Assembly: GCA_973895155.1 (NCBI GenBank)
Contig: OZ316892.1
Location: 28,836,932-28,900,931, forward strand
Source of the DNA: Marsupella aquatica
Taxonomy: Eukaryota > Plantae > Marchantiophyta
Direction of reading: 5' to 3'
Length of the DNA: 64,000 nucleotides
How positions within the stretch are numbered: the first letter of the stretch is position 1; each line of letters opens with the position of its first letter. The notes beneath the pieces are model-generated. The model searched no databases, was not told the origin of the DNA, and saw only the letters and a list, made by a program, of their open reading frames with translations. The position numbers and the translations under genes are program-made. This document shows, piece after piece, positions 52,371 to 64,000 of the stretch.

Positions 52371-54199
52371 TGCTTCAAAATAGTGCAAATTGAAAAGGCA
52401 TGCACAATGATTTGAAAAAGAAAAAATGTGAATAGTGAAGGCAAAAATGTAGGGTAGTAAGTAAGTGAGTGAACCCAAATTTTATTGCTCAAGTAAATTA
52501 AGTAGTATCCAAAGTACTTCAAATATTATTTCTTAGTTTTTACTGACCATCCATGTGCAATCTCACTCGAAGGAAACCAAGCTTAGGAAAACACTACACT
52601 CAAGCAGGTGTATTTCTATCAAGTACATTCAAAGTAACGAAACACACCATAACTCATTCTTTGTATATCTATAGTAGTACCTTTTGGTCTACTATACGTC
52701 TAATATGGCTATCACAGAATACATAATATTACGCATATTGAATGCTACTTCCGCCAGCTTTGCTCGAAGTGTTTATGTTTGGAAGTGCTAATTTATGTTT
52801 ACTTCACACTCAAAGCAGCATTGAGAGGACTCATTTCAGACTCAAAGCAACATTGACATTATCTTTGGTTCAAAGTGTGCTGCGAATCTAGTTCTTCATG
52901 AATTGGAAAGGAGACACTACACTCGGAAGCGAGGAGCAAGGTGCCACGGACTTAAGTGAAGTATACACAATGAGCATAGCTTTCCAACACAGTCACGGAT
53001 TGAAGCATAGGTATTGAACAGGAGCGCAAGTCTGGAGTAAATTCAATTCAATTCTTGGATGCATCAAGGCACTATTATGTTCATCGATGAACTCTGCTGT
53101 CTCAATCATTGTAATTAGCCGTTATAGGAATGACGGAGAGTAGTTTCTAGCGCCAAGGAACAAAACAACAATACCATGGAACGATGCAACAGCGCCAAGG
53201 AATGGCGCATTAGTAGAGAGCAGCGATAGTGAGCAAACTGTTAGGTATTTACTCAAGGTCTAGGGTTATAACATGTAATCGTAGTTAGGCTAACCATAAT
53301 CGGAGACATGGTTAGGTTAACTAGGATGCATACTATATGTCAAGCGGTGTTTACTTGGATAAGTGGAACTTAGGCTCATTGTTATGGAGCCACTTGAGAG
53401 ATGAGGAGAATTTACATTGTGGAGACTTGGTATAGCCGACAGACTTAGAGTTCAGTAAAGCTCTCTTGTGTGTTCCCATGGACGTAGCCTCGAGGAGGTG
53501 AACCACGTATCTCTCGTGTCGATTACTTGCAAGTTGGATGTGTCATGTGCTTACCATGTAATTATCGTCTATGCTCAACAATTAGTATCAGAGCATGTTA
53601 GGGAGGTGACATTGTTCGTGATAGGATCTTATGACGGTTTTTTCTAGCATTGAGTGTCGATAAATTTCTCAAAGTTTCGTTGCATGGAACTTGGAGTTTA
53701 TGGGCTCAACGGATAGATCGGGGCAAGGGCTTTCTAACGGTGCAAAGAAATTGCTGAATGGAGATCGTGGTGCGAAGAGATCTAAGTTTTTATCATTCTA
53801 GAATTTGTGAAGAAACTTGGCAACATTCGTGTTTGACGGTTTTTTGGAGGAGGGACCAGAGTTCATTTTTTTGACGATGTGAGCCTTATGGTGCATAAGG
53901 CGTTGCATGTTGTAGCTCCGCTTATAGATCGGAATGAGCTGATCATTTTGGTAAATGGTTTGTTGTCGAGTGTGTAACAAGTGCAACGCAACGAGCAAAA
54001 GAAACATTCTGATTTTCTGACCGGCTATGGAGTCTTCTTTTGCCTGAGCGAGGTTTCTCGTCGTTGCACTCAACTCAGAGGGAGAGACATGAAGTGCTTG
54101 GGCTGAACAAAGAGATCACGAAGAGGTGATCGTTTTGAGTCCAAGATTGACATTTTTGCCCATAGGAGGAAGGAGTTCTGAACTTTTGCCACTGATTGA

Positions 54200-54967
54200 C
54201 TAGCAAACAGTGCGAGTGCACAAATCTTTCCAACCCACCGACATCGGTTTTTGATTCCTCACCGTAATCCGTACGTTACAAGGTGCAAGTTTTTTTTGTT
54301 TGATTTTTACAAGCATTTTTGAATTTCTTACGTGCCAATTTTTTGTTCCAAAAATACTCCATTTACGACTCTCTTTCTCTCTGTAGAGACCTCCATAGCA
54401 CATTGGAAAGAAATTTCTTTAGGTGACAAGTGTAAATTTGGTTTCTTTGATGATCATTTCCTTTGTATTGTTGGGGGCATTTTTTGGGTTGCACACACAC
54501 GATTGCCCTCCCTCCCCCTTCCTAAACGTCGACCCACCCCCCTCCACCGTGAACTGCTACCGGGCCGGCGCGAAAATCCCCCCGCCCCTTTGCAACCCCT
54601 GTCCCGTCCTGCCTTAGACGTGGCCCCCTCCTTGGGACCCCATATTTTTTTCTTTGACCCGACTGACTGTAGTTCCCGCCGGCCCCACCTCCTTGCATAC
54701 GCGGCTGCGTATGCAGCCACCCTGTACCTCCCCACGTGTCACCCTTGCCCCGGCCTACATACAAATAAATAAAGGGGCTTTAAACCCCACTTTAGGCCCT
54801 ATTCTATTTTTTCCTCCCCAATTTTTGATTGGTAGCCGCATCCTGGGACCTGCCGCCCTCCACTTTAACCACTTGGATAGGGGGAACGGCCCCCTGTGAG
54901 CCCTGCTACTCTGTGCGGGAATATTCCCAAAAAAATAGAGAGCGTATTTTTGGCCGTCCATCAAAGA
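54200..54967 (-). mobile_element. Candidate non-autonomous Helitron in the copia leader
   Basis: The minus-strand 3' end reads GTGC-actc-GCAC hairpin, then 6 nt, then CTAG|T (54200-54203). An A|TC 5' end is possible at 54967. The interior is GC-rich and unlike the flanks; the 5' end is tentative. Confidence 0.35.
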
Positions 54968-57618
54968 TTCCGTCCGCCAAACGGTAACTTTTTTTATTCG
55001 TCTTCGGCAAGGAGGTAGCCATCGGAGTTGGCCACATGGTGCACCAATTGAAATTGTATTTTTGACTTTGGGTACTAATTCACATTTTGATTATTCCCTG
55101 AGGTGGTCAAAACGGGGGAGAATTCCAAGTTTTTTCCACCCCGACCAAAAAGTGAATAGTTTTACGTTAGAGTTTGGTTTTGATTCTGGTTTTCAACATT
55201 GGAGAGCTAGGCTCGTGGACTACGTGGCGGTGATAAGTTTTGAGTTTTTTGGAAAATTTGAGAAAACATAATTTGCATTCTCACATGAGTGATTTGGAGG
55301 AGATTTTTGAAGACGTGGATCTTGAAGCACGAGGATCACCTTGGTTTGAGGTGGAGAGAGAAGAGCAAGAGGAAGAAAACGTGACACCGGTACGATTACC
55401 GGTGCAGCAAGTAGAGGGGGTTGTGAAGGAAAAAGAGATGGCATCCAGGTTTGGAGGTGTCAAATTTAAGGTGGAATAGTATAATGGTCATACGGACTAC
55501 TTGCTTTGGAAGAAGCAAGTGAAAGGAGTTCTTCGTGCTATGGGCCTAGATCATCCTCTCACTACGCGAGAGATGAACGACGATGAAGAGGAGATTCCAC
55601 TGAAGAGGTGGAGGCAGAAACAAGTGATTGCAGTGAATATGGTGATGTTTTATCTGAAACCGCATATCATCAAGAAGTTGGATGACTATGCGGATTGTGC
55701 ATCTTTGTTCAAAACCCTAAGGGAGAAGTACTATCGAGAGGATGTATCAGACCAATTGTACAAGAAGTCTCTCTTGATGAGCCTTAGGCTCAAGAGGGGA
55801 ACAAGCTTCAGGATCACTTGGATGAATTTGACAGCTTAGCCGTTGATTTGTCTAATCTCGGTAAGGGCGTTGAAGAAGAGGACAAGGCCTTGCTTCTTCT
55901 TAGCTCATTACCCCCATCTTACCAGGGTTTGAAATAGATTCTCTTGTATAGATACCTGAAGTCTATTTCATACGATGAGGTGGTAAGCTTTTTGTTGTCA
56001 GATGATGCACAGAAAAAATTAGGTCAAGCCCAGACAGCATCGTCATCTGATACTGCCTTGAATGTGAATTGTGGAAGGTCACAACGACGTCCCGAGTAGC
56101 ACATGAATGACAAGGGACGAAGTAAATCTAGGACGAGATTGCTTCAAGGGGGAAATCCCAGGAGAGAAAGTCAGTAGTCTGCTGGAAATGTCACAAGATT
56201 GGTCACGTTAAGAGGGATTGTAAAGGTAAGGCAGTTAAATCTTCATCAACCAATGTGGCTAGTGCTGATAGAGAAATTGATGGAGAAGCTAGGAATATGC
56301 CCTATGCACATCATCTAGGAGAGCAAACGATGTGTGGATTCTTGATTGTGCTTGCTCCTTTCACATTTGTTATTTATATTTTAATTCTTTTTCTGTGTCA
56401 AACGATTTAGTTTTGATAGAAAATGATCACTCCTGTCGAGTTGAGGGTATTGGGTCTGTAAAGATTCAAATGTTTAATGGCATTGTGCGCATAGTGTCCG
56501 GAGTCAGGTTTGTACCTGGCATACATAAAAATTTGATTTCACTCGGTGTGTTGGATACAAATGGTCATCAATGGCGAGTAATTGATTGTGAACTTCAAGT
56601 CATGTCGGGAGAGACAGTGATTTTGAAGGGAAGCAGACAAAAGAATTTGTATGTGCTATAGGGCAATACAGTATGTGAAGAGGCCAATGTAACCAAATCT
56701 CGTGAAGAAATGACTCAACTGTGGCATTCACGGCTAGGTCACATGAGTGAGAAGGGTTTGGCTATCTTAATTACGGAAGAATGGGCTCATTTATGATTTG
56801 CATTCTTGTAAATTGGATTTTTGTGAGCATTGCATTTTTGAAAAGCAACATTGTTGTGCTTTCGGTGTTGGAATTCATCGTTCCAAAGCGGTTCTTGAGT
56901 ACATACATAGTGACGTGTGGGGACCATCCCCGACTCCCTCACATTCTGGAAAATTGTACTATGTATCATTTATTGACGATTACTCAAGATTTGTATGAAT
57001 TTATTTCATGACGCATAAGTCTGATGTCTTGTCCATTTTTACAAAGTGGAAGGCCCAAGTGGAGAATCAGACGGGAAACACGGTTAAGTGTTTGGATACC
57101 AGGGTGAAGAATGTGAGGTCAGACAACGCCGTGGAGTACACTTCAATAGAATTTGAAGAGTACTGTGCAGAACAGAGGATAACTCGTCATCTCACCATAG
57201 TTTATACTCCGCAGTAGAATGGTGTCACTGAGAGGCTCAATCAAACATTATTGGAGCGGTCACAAAGTATGCTGAGCCAATCAGGTTTACCATAGGAATT
57301 TTGGGTAGAAGTTGTCAATACTGCAGTTTATTTGGTAAATCTTTCTCCTTCTAGTGCAATCAATTTCAAAATGCCGTTTGAAATGCGTTATAAGTGGCAA
57401 GCAGACTATCATGGCTTGGTAGTTTTTTGAAATGATGCATATGCTCTCACACCAAAGCAGAATAGAACCAAGTTGGATCTTACGTCCAAGAAATGTATTT
57501 TTCTTGGGTATCAGAGTGGTGTGAAAGCCTACAGACTATGGGATCCTATTGCCTGTAAGCTCGTTGTCAATAGAGATGTTTCCTTCAATGAATCCAGATT
57601 ATTGAAGGAGGGGGAGAA

Positions 57619-59410
57619 TGTTGAACTAAGACGTCATTTGCAACCACCATACAACCATGACGCATTCTATGCACATGTAGTCGACACAATCTCTACGTGG
57701 TTCACCTCTTCTCCAAGGCTACGTCCATACGAATACTCAAGTTTTATTTCAAGAGTAGATGAACACACATTGTCTCCCTCTTCCTCAAGTTGCTCCGTTA
57801 CAAATGAGTAAGCACACCACACCAGCGACACTAGCCCTGGTATATACAAGGTCACACACGACTAATCTAACCTCAGCTAAGACCCTAACTGTGGTTAGCC
57901 TAAGTACCGTAACCTTGAGTCACAAGACTAAAAGCAATCCTTAACAAATTCCCCCTTGACTCTAGTCTTGGGGACTGCAATTTCTGTTATCCATATGAGA
58001 TACTCAACGGGAAATTCTAGACAATCATTTAAAACCATATGTGTCCCCCTAAAAACCATTTAAGGTTAACTAAGGGTTAACTAAAATTAAGCCGTAGCCA
58101 TAACAGGATTGAGTAACCCATATACAGAAATTACATATTGTTAAGTTACTCTCCTAGTGCTGCAAATGTAAAACTTGCAAAGTAGCACGGTACCTTGAGT
58201 AACTCTCCAAAGGAATCACTTTGGTAAAGGCATCAGCCGGGTTAAGCTTTCCATCAATCTTGACTAGCTTAAACATTTTATCAGACACTGCTTGCCTAAT
58301 AAAATGGTATCTGATGTCAATGTACTTCACCCTGCTATCCATAACCTGGTTAATAGCTAGGTGAAGCGCATTCTGGCTGTCACAATGAAGAGCCATTTTT
58401 CCGTGCTCCAATCTCATCTCAGTGACTAGCTTATCCAACCAAATTGCTTCCTTTGTTGTTTCTGCTGCTGCAACATATTCTACTTCTGTAGTAGACTGAG
58501 ATACACACTTCTGCAAGGTAGATCTCCAACTTATGCATCCTCCCTCAAGAATAAACACATACCCAGTTGTTGACCTCCTTGTTTCCAGACAGCCTCCGTA
58601 GTCAGAATCTACATAGCCAACCAAAGATTTGGTTTTGTTTGATCTACTTTCAAACAACAGACCATAGTCTATTGTGCCCTTAAGATACCTGAGAATCCAT
58701 TTCACAGCCTCCCAGTGTACCTTCCCTGGATTTGACATGAATCTATTAACTTTGTCCATTGTTAGAGCTAGATCAGGCCTAGTACATGTCATCAAATACA
58801 TTAGACTGCCCATTGCCTTCTCATAAGGAACCTTAGTCATCAAGCCTCTCTCCACTGGATCCGTGGGGCAGAAAGCCGATAATAACTTGAAATGTGGAGC
58901 CAAAGGAATACTTACTGGCTTACAATTTTCCATGTTGAATCTTGCAAGTACCTTTTCAGCATATTTGCCTTGATTCAGCCATAACTGTCCAGTTTTAAAG
59001 TTCCTCGTAATCTCCATACCTAGATCCTTTTGGCTTTCCCAAGATTTTTCATTCAGAATTCAAAACTCAATTTTGCTTTGAGTTTGTCAACCTCAGTTTG
59101 ATTCTTAGCCGCAATCAACATGTCATCCACGTAGAGCACCAAAATGAGTAAACCAAACATACCATTCTTGACTGATTTTGCATACACACAAGGGTCATAT
59201 ACCATTCTAGTGAATCCTTGTGCAAGCATGAAATCATCAAACTGTTTGTTCCACTGCCGATGAGCTTGCTTCAATCCATACAGGGACTTAAGCAACCTGC
59301 AAACTAAACTTTCTTGACCCTTCTTCACAAAGCCCAGTGGTTACCTCATGAAAATTTGTTCCTCCAAGGTGCCATAGAGAAAAGCAGTAACAACATTCAT
59401 TTGATCTAAC
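57619..59410 (-). mobile_element. 3' half of a second copia element (RT, RNase H, PPT, 3' LTR) in opposite orientation inside the outer element
   Basis: Motifs LLKSLYGLKQ, LYVDDML, HWEAVKWILRYLKGT, GYVDSDY and CDSQNA. PPT AGGGGGAATT lies at 57947-57956 and an LTR at 57619-57946 that differs from the outer LTR. Confidence 0.9.
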
Positions 59411-60183
59411 ACTATGGAAACTTGGTATAGCCGACAGGCTTAGAGTTCAGTAAAGCTCTCTTGTGTGTTCCCGTGGATGTAGCATCGAGGAGGTGAACCA
59501 CGTATCTCTCGTGTCAATTACTTGCGAGTTAGATGTGTCATGTGCTTACCGTTGCAATTGTCGTCTATGCTCAACACAAACGGCAGAGAGCAAGCGGCAG
59601 TGGGCAAAAGGCAGAGAGCAAGCAACAGTGAGCAAACGGCAATGAACAGGAGTGAGCACATCGATTGCCACTTGTAACCTGGAACTTGACAATCGATTGC
59701 CGCTTGTAACCCGGAACTTGACAAGGAATATGCAGGGACAGACTTTGCAGGGACATGTTTTGGTGAAACAGTCCCTGCATCTTGCCCTCTAGAAGTTGTG
59801 CAAAAAATGACAGAGGAGTAAACGCAATTGAGTGGGCCCGTGACACATTTTATGTTCTTTGATTTTCTTTAGATTTGGTTTGCACTTTTACCCTACGTTT
59901 GTGGGCTGGTAAGGGCCACTTTTTTGAGGACTCTTGCACATGCAAGACAGCCCTAAACCATCACAATCCATATAAAAAGAGAAATGTCCAAGACTCCTCA
60001 CTTTTCATGTTTATCTCCTCTAGCATGAGACTTTGCTCCATAATATAATTTCAAGAGAAGGGTACTAAAAATGGTGTAACCAGTTTTGTCATGTACGGTG
60101 GTGCTTTAATTCAATAAGGTGGAATGTAACATTGGACAGGCATTGCCACTATGGCACTTCCCAAGGGCCCCATCGCACCCCCC

Positions 60184-60264
60184 ATATTAATTGCAGTCGT
60201 CCCCCCAATTATTAATCGTCGCCCCAAACATTAATTGCAATCGTCGCCCCAAATATTAATTGCG
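60184..60264. repeat. Short tandem repeat attaattgcartcgtcgccccaaa, ~3.5 copies
   Basis: Directly visible. Confidence 0.75.
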
Positions 60265-61086
60265 GGACAAGACAGTATAGTACGCAAGGCACGTCGCCCA
60301 CGTCTGACCCTTCGCACCAACCTCACTGTGAAATCGTGTTCTCACACAAAAATGGATCTCTGCTCAGGAGCCTCTGTGCAAATGTCCCGAACTGCCAAAT
60401 CTCCCGCTGTCTTGCTCTTGTAGAAATCTTGTGCTTCTCCCACTCTCCCAGTTCTTGAGCGACTTCTGTTCATGTCTTGAGCGACATAGTTAATGTGTTC
60501 AGACTCATCTCCCTTCAATTTTCGCTGGGTGCTTTAGGCCATTTGGGTCAGGTTATAACACCAGCATTATAACACCCGATTGATTAGGAAAGGAGTAAAC
60601 AATCCCGCTCTGAGAACGAGCTTCACATGTCTGGATTATGTCCGTCGCATTTTTCCTGTACTACATCAGGGGGCAATGTTGCTCTTCAAACCTTTTTCTA
60701 CAACTGGGGCTTGAATTCCCCATGTGAAATTTTTCAAGGGTTGAGGCAGGGACTTACGTTAGAGTAGGCCTTCAATTTCGCTGCGCTGTGATTAATCTTC
60801 TCGGTTATGAGCTTAGATTTCAGTCCATGATGTGCTTTGACCCGAGTGGATATGGTACTGTCTATCAGCTATACGTCGTAGAGAGTCTCTGGTTTTTATG
60901 ACCTAATTGCTCGTCCTGCACCTGCCACTTAGTGTGGTTTTTGAGCCCATAACTATTCCTCCACCAGCTTTGGAGCAGGAGTGGGCTCCTGAAACCACTC
61001 CACCAATTGAGGCCGCCACATTTGAGACTTTTGGTTTCGAGTTAGCGCCGTCTCCTCGGCGAAGTCAACCTCTCTACGATTCTATC

Positions 61087-63573
61087 ATGGCTGACGATGA
61101 CGACGGCGTCGTCTTAGAGGCAGAGTTTGTGGAGACTGAGAATTCGGAGCTGATCCTATCCCGCATTGAGAATAAGACGCGCCAAGTTGATCGCTTGTTG
61201 CGATTGTAAGTTTATATATTTGCGCTCTGCTTCTCGATAGGTGTGCTGTGCGTATGTCAGACCGATGTTTCTCCTTCTACCGTGACCTTGCAATAGTTTC
61301 GTAATTTTCCCAAGAGTTGTGTTTCAAATTTGGTCAAATGGAAAGTTTCGCTGTTGCAAATCTGCTCATCGTATTTTTTTAAGCATATTGCTGTCATTTA
61401 GGTCATTCCATTTTGATTTGATCGAGATGGGGAAACTATCAGCTCCAACAGCTTGATTAGATCAATTGTTTTTGGTTATGTTTCCCCTCTGTATAGTATC
61501 TGTCCGTTGCCAATGTGCCCTAATTTGCCAATGTGAACACTGGCTTCTTTCAAATGTGCTCAGCCATCTGTCAGACGCATTGTTGTTTACAGATTACCGA
61601 CAATATTATCAGAACTTAATTAAAGCCTGTTTTGGTTCATGTTTCTTCGTTGTATGAGACACTGGCACCACTCTTGCACCCAAGCATTGCCAAGCCCAAC
61701 ATTGTCGCCATTCAAAATTGTTCAGCCATTTCAGATACGTAGTATTGTCACGTATTACGAAAGTGTTTGTGAACTCGATTACACCAAAGTTTTTGGGTTA
61801 ATCTTTCTTCACTATGTGAACATATTACTACGTTTGAAATGGTTGGCTGAAATTCTGGGCAGAATGAACACAATCCAATATCGCTCTTTGTTCCAGCGTA
61901 TTTTGTGCTTACATTTGTGTTTGGAATTAGTATCCGGCATCCTGTGGTGAATTCTGGTCGACAATACGGAGGGGCTAGGTAGTATTATCACCACGCGGTA
62001 GTTGATGGTTGATGTTCGTAACCAACATTCCGTACTTGCAAGCAGACTGGACTTTGGAGTTGGTCATGGTCTGTATTTTTGTTTCTACTATCTTATGATG
62101 TTGCCTGTCCTCACTCATCTTACTGATGTTCAGACTGCAGTATACACAAGCTCTCGAGGTCGCCCTTGAAGATTCTCCGACCAAAACTCGAGATGAGAGA
62201 TGCAAGGTTTGTAGCCACTGTCTTTGGCTTAATCTTTTAGTCGATGGAAGGATGTATCAATTATCAATATGGTTTGAGTAGGTCTCCTAGCAGAAAATCA
62301 TGAATTTCTGGTGTTCACCATCGTTATTGAGGTTGGTGTCTTGTTCGGTTGTCAAATCAGTCAGCAAACTGGACGCTGGTGCACCGTGTGTTGATGGCAA
62401 CTAAGGATGTCGATGGACTATTGGCCAATTTGAACTGTGACTATTACGATGTGCTAATGAAGTAAGTACACCTGCGTCCTGCTTTCTATTGGTAATTTTG
62501 ATATCTGTGATGGAAACTTAAATTGCTTAAGTGTGAGAGTGAATTGGTCGGCAGAGAGCACTGTACCTTACATATTCGTTCCATAGTGGGATAGAGAGAA
62601 CCTCACACGGCACTGGCTTAGAACCCACACACGGAAACGAAGGGAATACGAAGGTACTGCCAGAGTCTTGGACATGAAAGTTCTACATGAATAGAGACGC
62701 GAAATCAACCTTTTGAACGAAGGCCACGGATGGGCAGGCACTGGTAAGAGATGTATATTCGGTGACTTGAACCAAAAGGCTTGGTATGGGAGTTTCCGAA
62801 AATGGTCACGGACGGATACAATATGGTGATCCCGAGGAATATAAAAGTCGTTGGAATCTCAATCTACGCCATTTTATATAGTCCTGACTAGAGGGTGAAA
62901 GATGTTCTTGCTGGAAATTTTTATTTTGTCGCCTTCCGTTGGCATTTAGCCTGCAATTTGAAGAGCAGATATTAGTGGAAATTGGGTAAATTGTTATGAA
63001 ATCTTGACTGTTTGTAATGAATGGGAAAGGCATGTCTTGTTCTAAAGATGGACGTCAAGGTAGATGTCGGTACCAGGTACACGTTTGAACGAAGCGTAAT
63101 AATATTATGTATTGTCGAACTTCTCGTCGGTTTCTAACATTTAATCTTCATCAGCACATTTTCAGGGGTTCCAATGGAGGATGTCCCTGGATGTTTGATA
63201 GAAGTGATGGAGTCACTTCTCAATTTCTTTGCGTGTGGTGCATTTGTATGTCTCGTTGCAAGGAGTGATGAGTAAGTTCAGGTAGAATGTATCCAACAAC
63301 GGGCAGAGAGCGTTAAACAGCCATACGGATTTGAACAGTGGCTTTCGTGGTTCCTCTCTCATTTGTCTAGGAACAAACACATGCCACAGTGAAGCTGATG
63401 GTTATAATACGTGTTGTTGGTTGTCCGCTCTCCGCAGATATCTCTACCGTGGGTTGGCAACTGGGGATCGATCTACGTGTGATCAATGTTTGCGGTTGCA
63501 TGAGAAATTGACCGAGAAAGGAGGGATGGGCTGCATTATGCGTGCCCTTGTGGACACCTGGAATGTCGTCTGA
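61087..63573 (+). CDS. ARPC5: Arp2/3 complex subunit 5 (ARPC5/p16); exons 61087-61205, 62134-62206, 62361-62461, 63438-63573
   Basis: Spliced product MADDDDGVVLEAEFVETENSELILSRIENKTRQVDRLLRLLQYTQALEVALEDSPTKTRDERCKSANWTLVHRVLMATKDVDGLLANLNCDYYDVLMKYLYRGLATGDRSTCDQCLRLHEKLTEKGGMGCIMRALVDTWNVV, which matches plant ARPC5. Introns are GT-AG with consistent phases. Confidence 0.95.
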
Positions 63574-63858
63574 AGCAGATTCATGGGTTACGACATCTCT
63601 TCCTTTATCAATGTAAAAGTATCAAGTACAAAGAGTTTAGGTTATCCTTTTGCGGCCAGTAGGAGAACTCATCACACAGTTGATTACACCCTTCATTTTG
63701 TAGCTGACAAATGCAACAGAAAGTTGCGTGTTTCTTTTTCCAAGAGTTATGAATGAAACAGGATGGAAGCAGGGTGAACCTGGGGCATAATTGTTGGTGT
63801 CTCCTCACGATAACTGCTGTTTTGAAAGGTTTGGTTGGTACTCTTCAGTACCTAGTGG

Positions 63859-63990
63859 ATTCTCAAGTTCAGGTCTTATTTAAAGCTCAGTCTGACCAGC
63901 AGTCTGCAAGTTGATGTTGAACTTGACTCTATTCTCAAGTTCAGTCTTTTGTAAGGCTTAGTGTGATCAGCAGTATGCAAGTTGATGTTG
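63859..63990. repeat. ~72-bp tandem duplication downstream of ARPC5
   Basis: attctcaagttcag...cagcagt.tgcaagttgatgttg occurs twice. Confidence 0.8.
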
Positions 63991-64000
63991 TGCCTGCCAC

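Larger units (their letters stand above)
53239..59576 (+). mobile_element. Decayed Ty1/copia element (gag-PR-INT) with a 5'-truncated 3' LTR
   Basis: 5' LTR at 53239-53580 (TGTTAG...CAACA), PBS tagtatcagagc at 53583-53594 and partial 3' LTR at ~59412-59576. Perfect TSD CAAAC (53234-53238, 59577-59581). Coding remnants: CWKCHKIGHVKRDC, WILDCACSFHI, HSDVWGP, FIDDYSR, RSDNAVEY, SKKCIFLGY. Confidence 0.93.

Overview
Land-plant nuclear DNA; a non-seed plant is my impression, not established. Six host genes can be reconstructed, five of them spliced with GT-AG introns: plastid ATP sulfurylase (+, 4854-7734), a FUSC/aromatic-acid-exporter-like membrane protein (+, 12129-15884), SPT4 (-, 17376-19298), an intronless YrdC/Sua5 gene (-, 31263-32126), RPL37a (-, 37278-38115) and ARPC5 (+, 61087-63573). 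Between them lie two decayed Ty1/copia elements with matching target-site duplications (TSDs), three solo LTRs, a long-TIR foldback element, a Ty3/gypsy remnant, a PIF/Harbinger transposase pseudogene and many tandem repeats. The most striking feature is intron 2 of ATP sulfurylase. It holds a 55-nt antisense copy of the gene's own exon 2, in which 4 of 5 mismatches are G-U compatible, and a competing sense copy that folds into a hairpin. It also has a strong out-of-frame alternative 3' splice site and a short stem flanking the productive acceptor. Together these are a candidate RNA-structure or small-RNA switch on the first enzyme of sulfate assimilation. All alignments and counts were done by eye.
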